Shown here piece after piece: positions 1 to 8,462 of a stretch of DNA of 64,000 nt (the stretch's first letter is position 1; each line of letters opens with the position of its first letter). The position numbers and the translations under genes are program-made. Source of the stretch: an uncultured Flavobacteriales bacterium (GTDB taxonomy: Bacteria > Bacteroidota > Bacteroidia > Flavobacteriales_C > GCA-002722245). The stretch covers positions 6,090 through 70,089 of the forward strand of contig CAJJCC010000014.1 in NCBI GenBank assembly GCA_905182585.1, written 5' to 3'. The notes under the pieces were generated by a model. The model worked only from the letters and a program-made list of their open reading frames with translations. It ran no database searches and was not told the DNA's origin.

Positions 1-286
1 AGGTGGACAATTTATGACAATCCCTAATGAGTATCCTATAAATGCTTGGTACACCTATGATGACCAAACTTGCGACTATTCAAATTGTCAAACCGTAGAG
101 TATTTATATTGGGCTTTAACCTCAATGTTGGGAGCACAAGAAAACAGATTGGATGATATTGACAATGAATGGAAATTAAACACAAATCAAAAAGTTGAAG
201 ATACTGATAGTGCCATATTTTCTCTTTTAACCAACCCTACCTATAAAATGCCCACCGTTTTGCCTGACGGTTCTTATAAACATTAA
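1..286 (+). CDS. hypothetical protein, C-terminal fragment (5' end lies outside the window)
   Basis: The reading frame is open from nt 2 with no upstream stop. The ORF track lists 14..286. No diagnostic motif recognised. Confidence 0.5.
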   Translation, partial: GGQFMTIPNEYPINAWYTYDDQTCDYSNCQTVEYLYWALTSMLGAQENRLDDIDNEWKLNTNQKVEDTDSAIFSLLTNPTYKMPTVLPDGSYKH

Positions 287-736
287 ATTAAACTGCCTCG
301 AAAGGGCTATAAAAAACAGGCGAAGTGTCTTTGAAACTGATTGAACATATTATAGAATTGGAAACATATATATATTAGAAAAAAAATCCCTATAAAATTC
401 ACAAGGATTCAAATAAAACATGGAATAAGTAACAATAATAAAACAGGAATACTATACTCTTAACAGATACCTACAACTTTTGTAAATTAAAATGGTGTAC
501 GAAAATGGAAATATTTCAACTAATTGTATAATTTATTATAAACTTGAATTATTAAATTTTGAATCTTTAAAAAACAAACTGCGTACGACCTATAAGTAAT
601 TGAAAAATAATTGTTGGTACATAAAATAAACTTCATGACTTACAGACTATTGTCTATAACTTCTGACAAATCAGACTACGTATAACGCGTCAAAACCTAA
701 GACAACTAACTAGCCAACAGACCAAATCATTAAATA

Positions 737-1849
737 ATGAAAAGTTCTAGACGAATATTTATTAAAAACACTTCATTAGGATTATTCTCAATTGCACTAT
801 TAAACCCATTTAAACAGATTTGGGCGTTAACTAAAAATGAACCTTCGGCCGTTCCTAGCTGGAAAGAATTAGTAGAAATAGCGCGTTGGTGCCCTACCGT
901 TCATAACTTACAGCCGCACCAGTTAAAGGTCATTTCAAAAACTGAAGCAGAATTATTCTACGATCCAAATAGGCTTTTACCAGTAGGTGATCCAGATTCA
1001 ATATTTGCAACAGTTGCGATGGGTGTTTTTGTGGAACACCTTTCAATTGTTTCGTTATCTTTTGGTTTTAAAGTACATATTACTAAAATATATGCTCCAA
1101 TAACCACAAAATCCACAGAGCCAACCCTTTTTGCGAAGCTCATCCTTTCACCCAGTAAAGAAAAAGAGACACTAGGAATAGAATTAATTAAAAAGAGAAG
1201 AACTTCTAGAATAGCATATAACGGAAAAGCTCTAAGTCAAAGTACTGTAGATATATTAAAAACTCAGGCAAAAAAATTCAATCAAGAGTTTTTTCATTCA
1301 TCCGACCAAAAGTTTATAGATATGATTGTTGAATTAAATCAAAGAACATTATTTGAAGATCTCGAATCAAAACCTAACAGAGAAGAACTCGATAAGTTAT
1401 TTAGATACAATAAGAAGGATGCTGAGACAAGAAAGGATGGACTATGGGCAAAATGCATGGGTTTTTCAGGAAGTTTATTGAAATCAGTTTTCCAAAATCA
1501 CGAGAAATGGACTAAGGGTATTCGAAAAAAAATGTTGAATAAAAGCTACAAATCCTCATTTAATGGAACTTGTAGTATATGTTGGATGAGTGGCAAATTT
1601 GAAAACACCTCAGATTGGCTTGAGTCCGGAAAGTATTTTGCAAGAAATTGGCTTATGCTAACAAGAGAAGGTGCTTATATTCAACCTACTGGTTCTTTAA
1701 TAACAAATATTGGAGCTTACCAAAAAATGAAAATGATGTTACCTCCCCCAAAGAACGGAAATTTAATTTGGATTGCTTACAGAGCTGGATATAGCAAAAC
1801 ACCAGCGAGAAGTTATCGGTTAAGTACAGATGAAATATTAATTAAATAA
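737..1849 (+). CDS. nitroreductase-fold (Acg-like) FMN oxidoreductase with twin-arginine signal peptide
   Basis: 370-aa ORF. The N-terminus MKSSRRIFIKNTSLGLFSIALL matches the Tat consensus S/T-R-R-x-F-L-K followed by a hydrophobic stretch. 'CPTVHNLQPHQLKV' resembles the nitroreductase-fold FMN-site motif. The size fits two-lobed Acg-type nitroreductases. Confidence 0.65.
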   Translation: MKSSRRIFIKNTSLGLFSIALLNPFKQIWALTKNEPSAVPSWKELVEIARWCPTVHNLQPHQLKVISKTEAELFYDPNRLLPVGDPDSIFATVAMGVFVEHLSIVSLSFGFKVHITKIYAPITTKSTEPTLFAKLILSPSKEKETLGIELIKKRRTSRIAYNGKALSQSTVDILKTQAKKFNQEFFHSSDQKFIDMIVELNQRTLFEDLESKPNREELDKLFRYNKKDAETRKDGLWAKCMGFSGSLLKSVFQNHEKWTKGIRKKMLNKSYKSSFNGTCSICWMSGKFENTSDWLESGKYFARNWLMLTREGAYIQPTGSLITNIGAYQKMKMMLPPPKNGNLIWIAYRAGYSKTPARSYRLSTDEILIK

Positions 1850-1856
1850 ATAAAAT

Positions 1857-3362
1857 ATGAGACACATAATAATATTATTTTATGCTTGGTTAGTTGAACG
1901 AATTCGAAAACCACTAATGCTATCGAATTTTACCATAAAGCTTATATATATTCCAGGAATTAATAAAATTAGGTCATTTAATAGTAAAGCCCGAGCCTAT
2001 TCAGAATTTATAAAAGCAAAAAGAAGGGTGCCCGCTTACAGAGAATTTTTAAAATCCCATCATTTTTCGAAGCCTTCGTTTAGTGGTCTGGTGCCAAATA
2101 TCTGTGAGATTCCAGAAATTGATAAAGAAAACTATATTAAAAAGTTTTCCATCGAGGAAAGATGTGTAGGAGGAAGGATTCCAACTAAAAATATAATTAT
2201 TGATGAATCCTCAGGTAGTAGCGGAACAGCAACAAACTGGGTTAGAGGATTAAAAGAAAGAAAACGGAATACCAAAATGATTGAGTTTGGTATGAGAACA
2301 TTAGTAGGCAAAGACCCAATATTTGTTATTAATGCTTTTGCATTGGGACCTTGGGCAACTGGGGTAAATGTAACAATGAGTTGTGTTACTTTTTCAAAAA
2401 TAAAATCTCTAGGTCCTGAAAAAGAAAAAATTGAAAATACACTTAAACAATTTGGCGAAGATCATCACTATGTAATAATGGGCTATCCCCCTTTTTTAAA
2501 ATATTTGGTAGATAATTCAAAAATAAATTGGGAGAAATTTAATATTACCTTCATTTTTGGAGGTGAATCAATGTCCGAAGGAATGAGGGACTATCTACTT
2601 CAAAAAGGAATTAAAAAAGCCTACAGCTCATTAGGAGCATCAGATTTAGAACTAAACATCTCGGCAGAAAATGATTTCACAATCAGCCTTAGAAGGTTAT
2701 TGCGATCAAATCAATCATTACGATCAAAAATATTAAAACACACAGGTGCACTCCCGATGATTTTCCAATATAACCCAACAGACTTTTTGATTGAGTCGTC
2801 TGATGATGGAGAATTAATTGTTACAATCGGTCGCCCCGATTATATTTCCCCAAAAATCAGGTACAACATACACGATAGAGGTCATACATTAGCTATTAAA
2901 GAATTATACTTAATATTAAAAGAATTAAATATAAACCAAGACGAATTAACAAAACCGCAAACAGATCTACCGTTATTATTGCATTATGGAAGAGCTGATA
3001 TGACTGTGTCTTTTTTCGGGTCAAACATAAGCCCTACTGACATTCAAGAAGTTATTTACTCATTACCTGAGCTATCGAAAATTGTTAACTCTTACAATCT
3101 TGCTGTAAAAGAAGACAACGAAGGAAATAAAAAGTTAATCATTTCATTAGAGGTTCAGAAAGGAGAAACAGCCGAGTTACTAAATCTTGATAAAACTCAA
3201 GTAGCCTTTTTTGAAAATTTATCAAAAATCAATCAGGATTTTAGAGAAGCTAAAAAAATGCTGCCTAATAACAGTTTAACCGCAATTTGTTTTGAAAATT
3301 TTGGTTCCGGTTCATTTAAAGAAAATGACATTAGAATAAAAGCAAAATATATTAGCGATTGA
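1857..3362 (+). CDS. adenylate-forming enzyme, PaaK / coenzyme F390 synthetase-like family
   Basis: 501-aa ORF. 'IIDESSGSSGTATNWV' is the Ser/Thr/Gly-rich AMP-binding loop typical of phenylacetate-CoA ligase/F390-synthetase-like proteins. It starts 8 nt after the preceding stop, so it is probably co-transcribed. Confidence 0.6.
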   Translation: MRHIIILFYAWLVERIRKPLMLSNFTIKLIYIPGINKIRSFNSKARAYSEFIKAKRRVPAYREFLKSHHFSKPSFSGLVPNICEIPEIDKENYIKKFSIEERCVGGRIPTKNIIIDESSGSSGTATNWVRGLKERKRNTKMIEFGMRTLVGKDPIFVINAFALGPWATGVNVTMSCVTFSKIKSLGPEKEKIENTLKQFGEDHHYVIMGYPPFLKYLVDNSKINWEKFNITFIFGGESMSEGMRDYLLQKGIKKAYSSLGASDLELNISAENDFTISLRRLLRSNQSLRSKILKHTGALPMIFQYNPTDFLIESSDDGELIVTIGRPDYISPKIRYNIHDRGHTLAIKELYLILKELNINQDELTKPQTDLPLLLHYGRADMTVSFFGSNISPTDIQEVIYSLPELSKIVNSYNLAVKEDNEGNKKLIISLEVQKGETAELLNLDKTQVAFFENLSKINQDFREAKKMLPNNSLTAICFENFGSGSFKENDIRIKAKYISD

Positions 3363-3483
3363 AACTGTAACTAACAGAATTTCACTACTCATTGACAGGG
3401 GAAATAATAAATCGTTTTACTTTCATATTACTAAACCTCTTGTCATGCAGCATCTTTACGCCCACAATCCTAATAGGTGAGAT

Positions 3484-4185
3484 TTAAATCTTTACTAAAG
3501 AGCGACATTTTTTCTTATTATGAAACATGTCTCTAATCAATATTATAGGAACGATTAAAGAGAAATTATATATGAAATCTTCCAATGGTATTGTACCAAT
3601 TCTAACACCTAAATTATTGGTGTCATTATACCAAACGATAGGCGTTTCAGTAAAAAAGCCTGTTAAAACACTATTCACAAACAAAAATGGTACTAATACA
3701 ATAACATAAGACCTAAATAATGCTGCTATATCGTGACTCTTTAATGGCAATAATAAAATGATCGTTACAAATAATGAAATTGTAACCGAAGTGGTATAAT
3801 AAGTTTCCTTACTGTAAATTGTAACTAACCAAACATTTAAAACAACGAGTAATACAATGAAGACTTTTTTATTAATTTTTGAAGCTCGAATAGGCCAATA
3901 TGTATTTAAAGTATCGTGTATAAACACACAAGAATAAGGAACCACTATAAAAAACAAAATTTCCTCGATCGGTAATTTAAAAAATGATAATCCTAGTAAG
4001 TAATCATTATTAAAACCCCACACACTATATTTAGTGAAAAAAATATCCCAAATAATAAATATAAACGAAACGATAAAAATAGAAATAGATAAACTTTTAA
4101 GTTGTTTATAAAATTTAACTTTTTTATCCCATGTCAGTAGCAAGGGCACAAAAAGAGTAAATATTAAAAGGTAGAGGTATAACAT
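3484..4185 (-). CDS. lycopene cyclase domain-containing protein (fused CrtYc/CrtYd-type)
   Basis: 233-aa polytopic membrane ORF, the size of two fused ~100-aa lycopene-cyclase domains. It is the last gene of the carotenoid operon, and its start overlaps the crtZ stop by 1 nt. Confidence 0.65.
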   Translation of the reverse strand: MLYLYLLIFTLFVPLLLTWDKKVKFYKQLKSLSISIFIVSFIFIIWDIFFTKYSVWGFNNDYLLGLSFFKLPIEEILFFIVVPYSCVFIHDTLNTYWPIRASKINKKVFIVLLVVLNVWLVTIYSKETYYTTSVTISLFVTIILLLPLKSHDIAALFRSYVIVLVPFLFVNSVLTGFFTETPIVWYNDTNNLGVRIGTIPLEDFIYNFSLIVPIILIRDMFHNKKKCRSLVKI

Positions 4186-4622
4186 TATTTAAAATATTTT
4201 AAAGGAACAATCAGCATCCCAAAACATACGCCATGAAATTTCCCTTGGTTTTTATGGTGTATTTTGTGCGCGAACCGAATGCCTTTTATGTATTTGAAAT
4301 TTAATCGTTTAAAAAAAGGGAGCCTTTGATGGATGATGATTTCATGAACAATCACGTAACAAATACCATATAAAGCGATTCCTAAACCTATTGAAAAAAA
4401 CCAATTAATATCATAGATTAAACCAAACATAATACCTAACCAACTAGGAATAGCGAAAACTAAAAAAAATCGGTCATTTTTTTCTAGCTTTTCATCTTTA
4501 GGCTGATGATGATCTTTATGCCAACTCCATAAAAAACCGTGCATCACATACTTATGCAATGCAAAAGCGACAAATTCCATTACTATAAAAGTTAGCGAAA
4601 CTATTAAAACACTATAAATCAT
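4185..4622 (-). CDS. crtZ: beta-carotene 3-hydroxylase
   Basis: 145 aa with the fatty-acid-hydroxylase His boxes HKYVMH, HKDHH, HEIIIH and HKIHHK in a 4-TM protein. Sits in a carotenoid cluster. Confidence 0.85.
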   Translation of the reverse strand: MIYSVLIVSLTFIVMEFVAFALHKYVMHGFLWSWHKDHHQPKDEKLEKNDRFFLVFAIPSWLGIMFGLIYDINWFFSIGLGIALYGICYVIVHEIIIHQRLPFFKRLNFKYIKGIRFAHKIHHKNQGKFHGVCFGMLIVPLKYFK

Positions 4623-5260
4623 AAGAAATAATTTAAGATGGAAAAAAATAATACATTTATTAAAAACAACGCCTCTAATACATTATTCCTACTTTTTATT
4701 TTACTTAAAAACAACTGATTAACGTATGCTAATAAAAACCAGCATACATAATTAAATATTGGTACAGAATCATAGTCCCATGTCCAATAGCCAAACTTTA
4801 TAGCTACAGGTTCAATTAAATAATCTACAAAAACCATTAATAGTGCTGCAAAAAGGTAAACAATTTGACTTGGCAACCTTGTGAAACGTTGAATAATACT
4901 TTTAGCACCTAACGACAACGTCAACCATAAAAAACCGATCAGTAACGGAACCTGTAACAGCTTTAAACCTAAAACATCACCATACTTGTAATGCCCAAAT
5001 AAAAGAGCTGTTTTAACACCTATTACCTCAACAAAGAATGTTACAGTAACCACTAAAAAAAATGGAATAATGAAGCTTACTATTTTTTCCTTGTAGGATA
5101 TAAAAGCGATTACAGTTGATATAAGAAGGTTGAGCCATGTTAGTTTAATGAAACTATTTCTATCAAAAAACAACATCCCTACTAAACCAACAGCATGAAA
5201 TACAACTAATACTAAAATTAATAAAATATTAATTTTAGTATTTCTCTTCACTTTACTCAT
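4619..5260 (-). CDS. carotenoid biosynthesis membrane protein (PF04240/DUF422-like; possible CruF-type carotenoid 1,2-hydratase)
   Basis: 213-aa polytopic ORF with 'LFGHYKYG..LG..L..VPLLIGFLW' and 'EPVAIKFGYWTW', which I recall as typical of the PF04240 family. A 4-nt ATGA overlap links it to crtZ. Confidence 0.6.
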   Translation of the reverse strand: MSKVKRNTKINILLILVLVVFHAVGLVGMLFFDRNSFIKLTWLNLLISTVIAFISYKEKIVSFIIPFFLVVTVTFFVEVIGVKTALLFGHYKYGDVLGLKLLQVPLLIGFLWLTLSLGAKSIIQRFTRLPSQIVYLFAALLMVFVDYLIEPVAIKFGYWTWDYDSVPIFNYVCWFLLAYVNQLFLSKIKSRNNVLEALFLINVLFFSILNYFL

Positions 5261-5268
5261 TTTCTTAC

Positions 5269-6723
5269 TTATAAACTATCTACAACTATTTTTGCACTAT
5301 TTAAACACAAAGGAATTCCTCCTCCTGGATGAACAGTACCCCCAACAAAATACAGATTTTTATATCTTGTTGAAAAATTACTGTGTCTATTAAAAGCACT
5401 TATTACACTATTTGATGCCGTACCGTATAAAGCACCTAAATATGCATTTGTATTGTTTTTAATTTTTTTAGGATGTAAAATTTCTTCCGTTAAAATTAAA
5501 GGAGACAATTCAACTTTCAACAATTTAGAAAGTTTAATTAATACTCTATTTTTTAACAACTCTATTTCTTCATTTGAATAATTAAAACTTGAAGGTACAT
5601 TTACCATAACAAACCAGTTTTCTTTTCCTTCTGGAGCATCAATTAATTCATGTTTACATGTAATATTAACATAAATTGTAGGGTCTTCAGGAAATTCATC
5701 CTGTTCAAATATTTGATTAAACTCATGATGATAATCAGAAGAGAAAAAGATATTGTGCAAATCTAAGTCTTCAAAAACCTTATTTATTCCCCAATAAAAA
5801 ACAACGCCAGAACTTGTTCTTTCTTTAGCAGTTTCACTTTTAAACGTTTTATTATCTTTTAATAATTTTTTATAAGTTAAAGCTACATCCATATTTGAAA
5901 TAAATAAGTCTGCCTTTACTGGAACATCATTTACTACAATTGATGAGATGGAAGAATTTTCAACGTTAAAAGAATTAACCTCACTGTTAAAATTAAAATC
6001 CACCTTTAGTTTTAATGCCAATTGATATAAAGCATCTACTAATGACCTCATCCCTCCTTTTGGAAAAAACGTACCTATATTTTGTTCTAAATGAGGAATC
6101 ATAGACATCATACCCGGGGTTTTATATGGAGAAGATCCATTGTATGTTGCATATCTATCAAATATCTGAATCAGTTTTTCTGAATTTAAATACTTTTTAT
6201 TTTTAGCATGTAGCGATTTACTATTTTCTACATTAATTAAATATGGTAGTGATTTTAAAGCTTTAAAAGAAAAAAAAGTTTTTAACTTATGTAGGCTATT
6301 TTCTATAAATAAAGCACCAGAATTTTCATACAATTCCTCTGATTTAACTAAATAGTCTAACACATTTTTTTCATCCGATTTAAACACAGAATTGAGCTCT
6401 TTTTTTAGTTTCTCTTTATCTTGATAAAAAACAAATTTAGTGTAATCATCGAAAAAATATTTACAAGAAGAAGGAAGTTTTTCATAAGTAACAAAATCAG
6501 AGAAATTATAGCCTACATCAAAAAATAAATCCTCAAAATATTGAGGCATTGTGAATAAGCTAGGACCTGTATCAAACCTAAATCCATCTTTCTTAAAATA
6601 ACCTAGCTTCCCTCCGTATGTATCATTTTTTTCATAAACGGAGACTTTGTACCCTTTATGAGCTAAGCGAATAGAAGATGCTAAACCTGCAATACCTGAC
6701 CCTACTACAATTGCTTTTTTCAT
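5269..6723 (-). CDS. phytoene desaturase family protein (CrtI/CrtD-type carotenoid desaturase)
   Basis: 484 aa. N-terminal FAD fold 'KKAIVVGSGIAGLASSIRLAHKGYKVSVYEKNDTYGGK' and C-terminal 'FVGGTVHPGGGIPLCLNSAKI', both hallmarks of CrtI-family desaturases. Confidence 0.85.
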   Translation of the reverse strand: MKKAIVVGSGIAGLASSIRLAHKGYKVSVYEKNDTYGGKLGYFKKDGFRFDTGPSLFTMPQYFEDLFFDVGYNFSDFVTYEKLPSSCKYFFDDYTKFVFYQDKEKLKKELNSVFKSDEKNVLDYLVKSEELYENSGALFIENSLHKLKTFFSFKALKSLPYLINVENSKSLHAKNKKYLNSEKLIQIFDRYATYNGSSPYKTPGMMSMIPHLEQNIGTFFPKGGMRSLVDALYQLALKLKVDFNFNSEVNSFNVENSSISSIVVNDVPVKADLFISNMDVALTYKKLLKDNKTFKSETAKERTSSGVVFYWGINKVFEDLDLHNIFFSSDYHHEFNQIFEQDEFPEDPTIYVNITCKHELIDAPEGKENWFVMVNVPSSFNYSNEEIELLKNRVLIKLSKLLKVELSPLILTEEILHPKKIKNNTNAYLGALYGTASNSVISAFNRHSNFSTRYKNLYFVGGTVHPGGGIPLCLNSAKIVVDSL

Positions 6724-7677
6724 GCTTGGAGATGATTTTTATACAATTCTAATATTTTTATCTATACGTTCTACTGGTTGCATTTCTCTTCGATTTAATC
6801 GTTGATATTTATATTTTAGTCACCAAATAAATTGATTCATTTCTTGTGTATTTGTGATTTTCACCGGAGATAACGCAAATTTTATTTTTTTCTTTATCAC
6901 TTCTATTTCTATTATAATTCTTAAAATTAAAATAACCATAAAACAGACTAAAACAAAACTATTTTTCAGTCTCAAATGTTCATACATAAGTTATAACAAA
7001 TAAGCTAGATACTAAAAAAGTTCTATGAAAAAGCACTTTATATATTTAATTATTTGATTCCTTCCAATCTTTTACTAAAAAAATTAGACAACACTTTAAC
7101 AGCTGAAGAACTAACAGATTCTTCAGCTCCAGGTAACGTTGCAACAAAAGACACAGTATGTTTTAACTTTTCTTTCGTTAAAAGCAGTTACAATTATTAT
7201 TCCGTAACCAGGTACTGAAGTTACTTGAGTAACTACTAAACTTGTGGCTATTTGTATTGTTTAGCTGTAATTGTTGTAGCAACTGAAGTTCCAACAATTA
7301 ATTCATAGGTGTAAAATATGGTAGCTCAAGAGAAGATATAAACTCTTATACCATTAACTTTTAAATCACTAAAAGTAACATCATCTGATGAGTTTTCTGA
7401 TAGTTTACAGAGATAAAAATTCACTTTTTAGAAGATCTAGGGTCTATTTTAAAATTCGTTGTGGTAATGGCTCGTTTGTGAAACGTAACTAAGAGGTCTA
7501 ATATCACTCCATTTTAAAAAAAATGGTTTATCTAAAAAAATAAATCGATAAAACAGCTGTTTTTGTAGCTTAATAAAAGTATTTTGTGGATCTATATTTA
7601 ACCAAGCGTAATAAAACTTTCTAAACATTATCAAAAAACAACCGTAGAGATAGTAAATCCCTTAATACAAATAGCTT

Positions 7678-8037
7678 ATGCATTACGAAAAATCCGAATT
7701 GACACTGATATACAACAGTAAAAAAATTATCGATAAAAAAACCCTAGCTATCGCTCAAGGAATTTCTTCTAATATTAACAGACAAGATATTAATGAAGTG
7801 AGGCTATCGAATACTTTATTTAGGTTGGCAATTCAAAAACTAAATTTGAAAGCCAAAGATATCATGGACAAATCAAATCCTTACTACCAAGAAAATATTA
7901 AAGGTAGAGATCCAGATATTGATTCTGCATATTATATGATTATGAATAATCCAGAATTACTTAGAAGCCCAATTGCTCTTTACAAAGACAAGGTTGTATT
8001 TTGCATAACCCCAAGTGATGTTTTAAAAGTCTGTTAG
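7678..8037 (+). CDS. ArsC/Spx-like thioredoxin-fold protein lacking the N-terminal catalytic Cys
   Basis: 119 aa. 'LTLIYN..K..DKKTLAIAQ', 'NPYYQENIKGRD' and 'NPELLRSPIAL.KDKVVFC..PSDV' resemble a Bacteroidota ArsC-family subgroup. Confidence 0.5.
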   Translation: MHYEKSELTLIYNSKKIIDKKTLAIAQGISSNINRQDINEVRLSNTLFRLAIQKLNLKAKDIMDKSNPYYQENIKGRDPDIDSAYYMIMNNPELLRSPIALYKDKVVFCITPSDVLKVC

Positions 8038-8220
8038 GACGCACTTGATTATTTTTAAGAAACAGACTAGGAATTACATCAATTTTTCTGGGACTTAAAA
8101 AAAGTTAAGGTTTTCTTGCGCTGTTTAAAGGTTTATAAACACAGTTCCTAAAGGATAAACACAAGTAAACTGCCATTTAATTGGTGTAATTGAGAATGTT
8201 TTTATTTCACCCATCATTAC

Positions 8221-8246
8221 GCTTTATTCAAAGAATTGAATAAAGC
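8221..8246. terminator. AT-rich perfect hairpin between convergent genes (possible bidirectional terminator)
   Basis: GCTTTATTCAA-agaa-TTGAATAAAGC: 11-bp perfect stem with a 4-nt loop. No clean T-tract on either side. Confidence 0.3.
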
Positions 8247-8462
8247 ACCTTTCAATAAATCATATTACTATTTATTAAAAAAGATACGCGACAGCTTTAA
8301 TTTTCAATACGGTATAAAAAAAATATGGGTCACTTAAAGGTTTCGAAAGCTCATTAAGTTAATGATGTGTCACGTATTTTTCTGAAAATCTAACTACAAA
8401 GAACTTAATTGGTATGAAAGATTAAAATCGTCAAACTTTAAATCAACTAGCCTTGTTCCTTT

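Noticed and set aside
7449-7634. 61-aa minus-strand ORF in the long spacer upstream of the carotenoid operon
   Set aside because: No recognisable motif. It is isolated and Phe/Tyr/Lys-rich, as expected from random AT-rich sequence. Kept only as part of the finding on this spacer.
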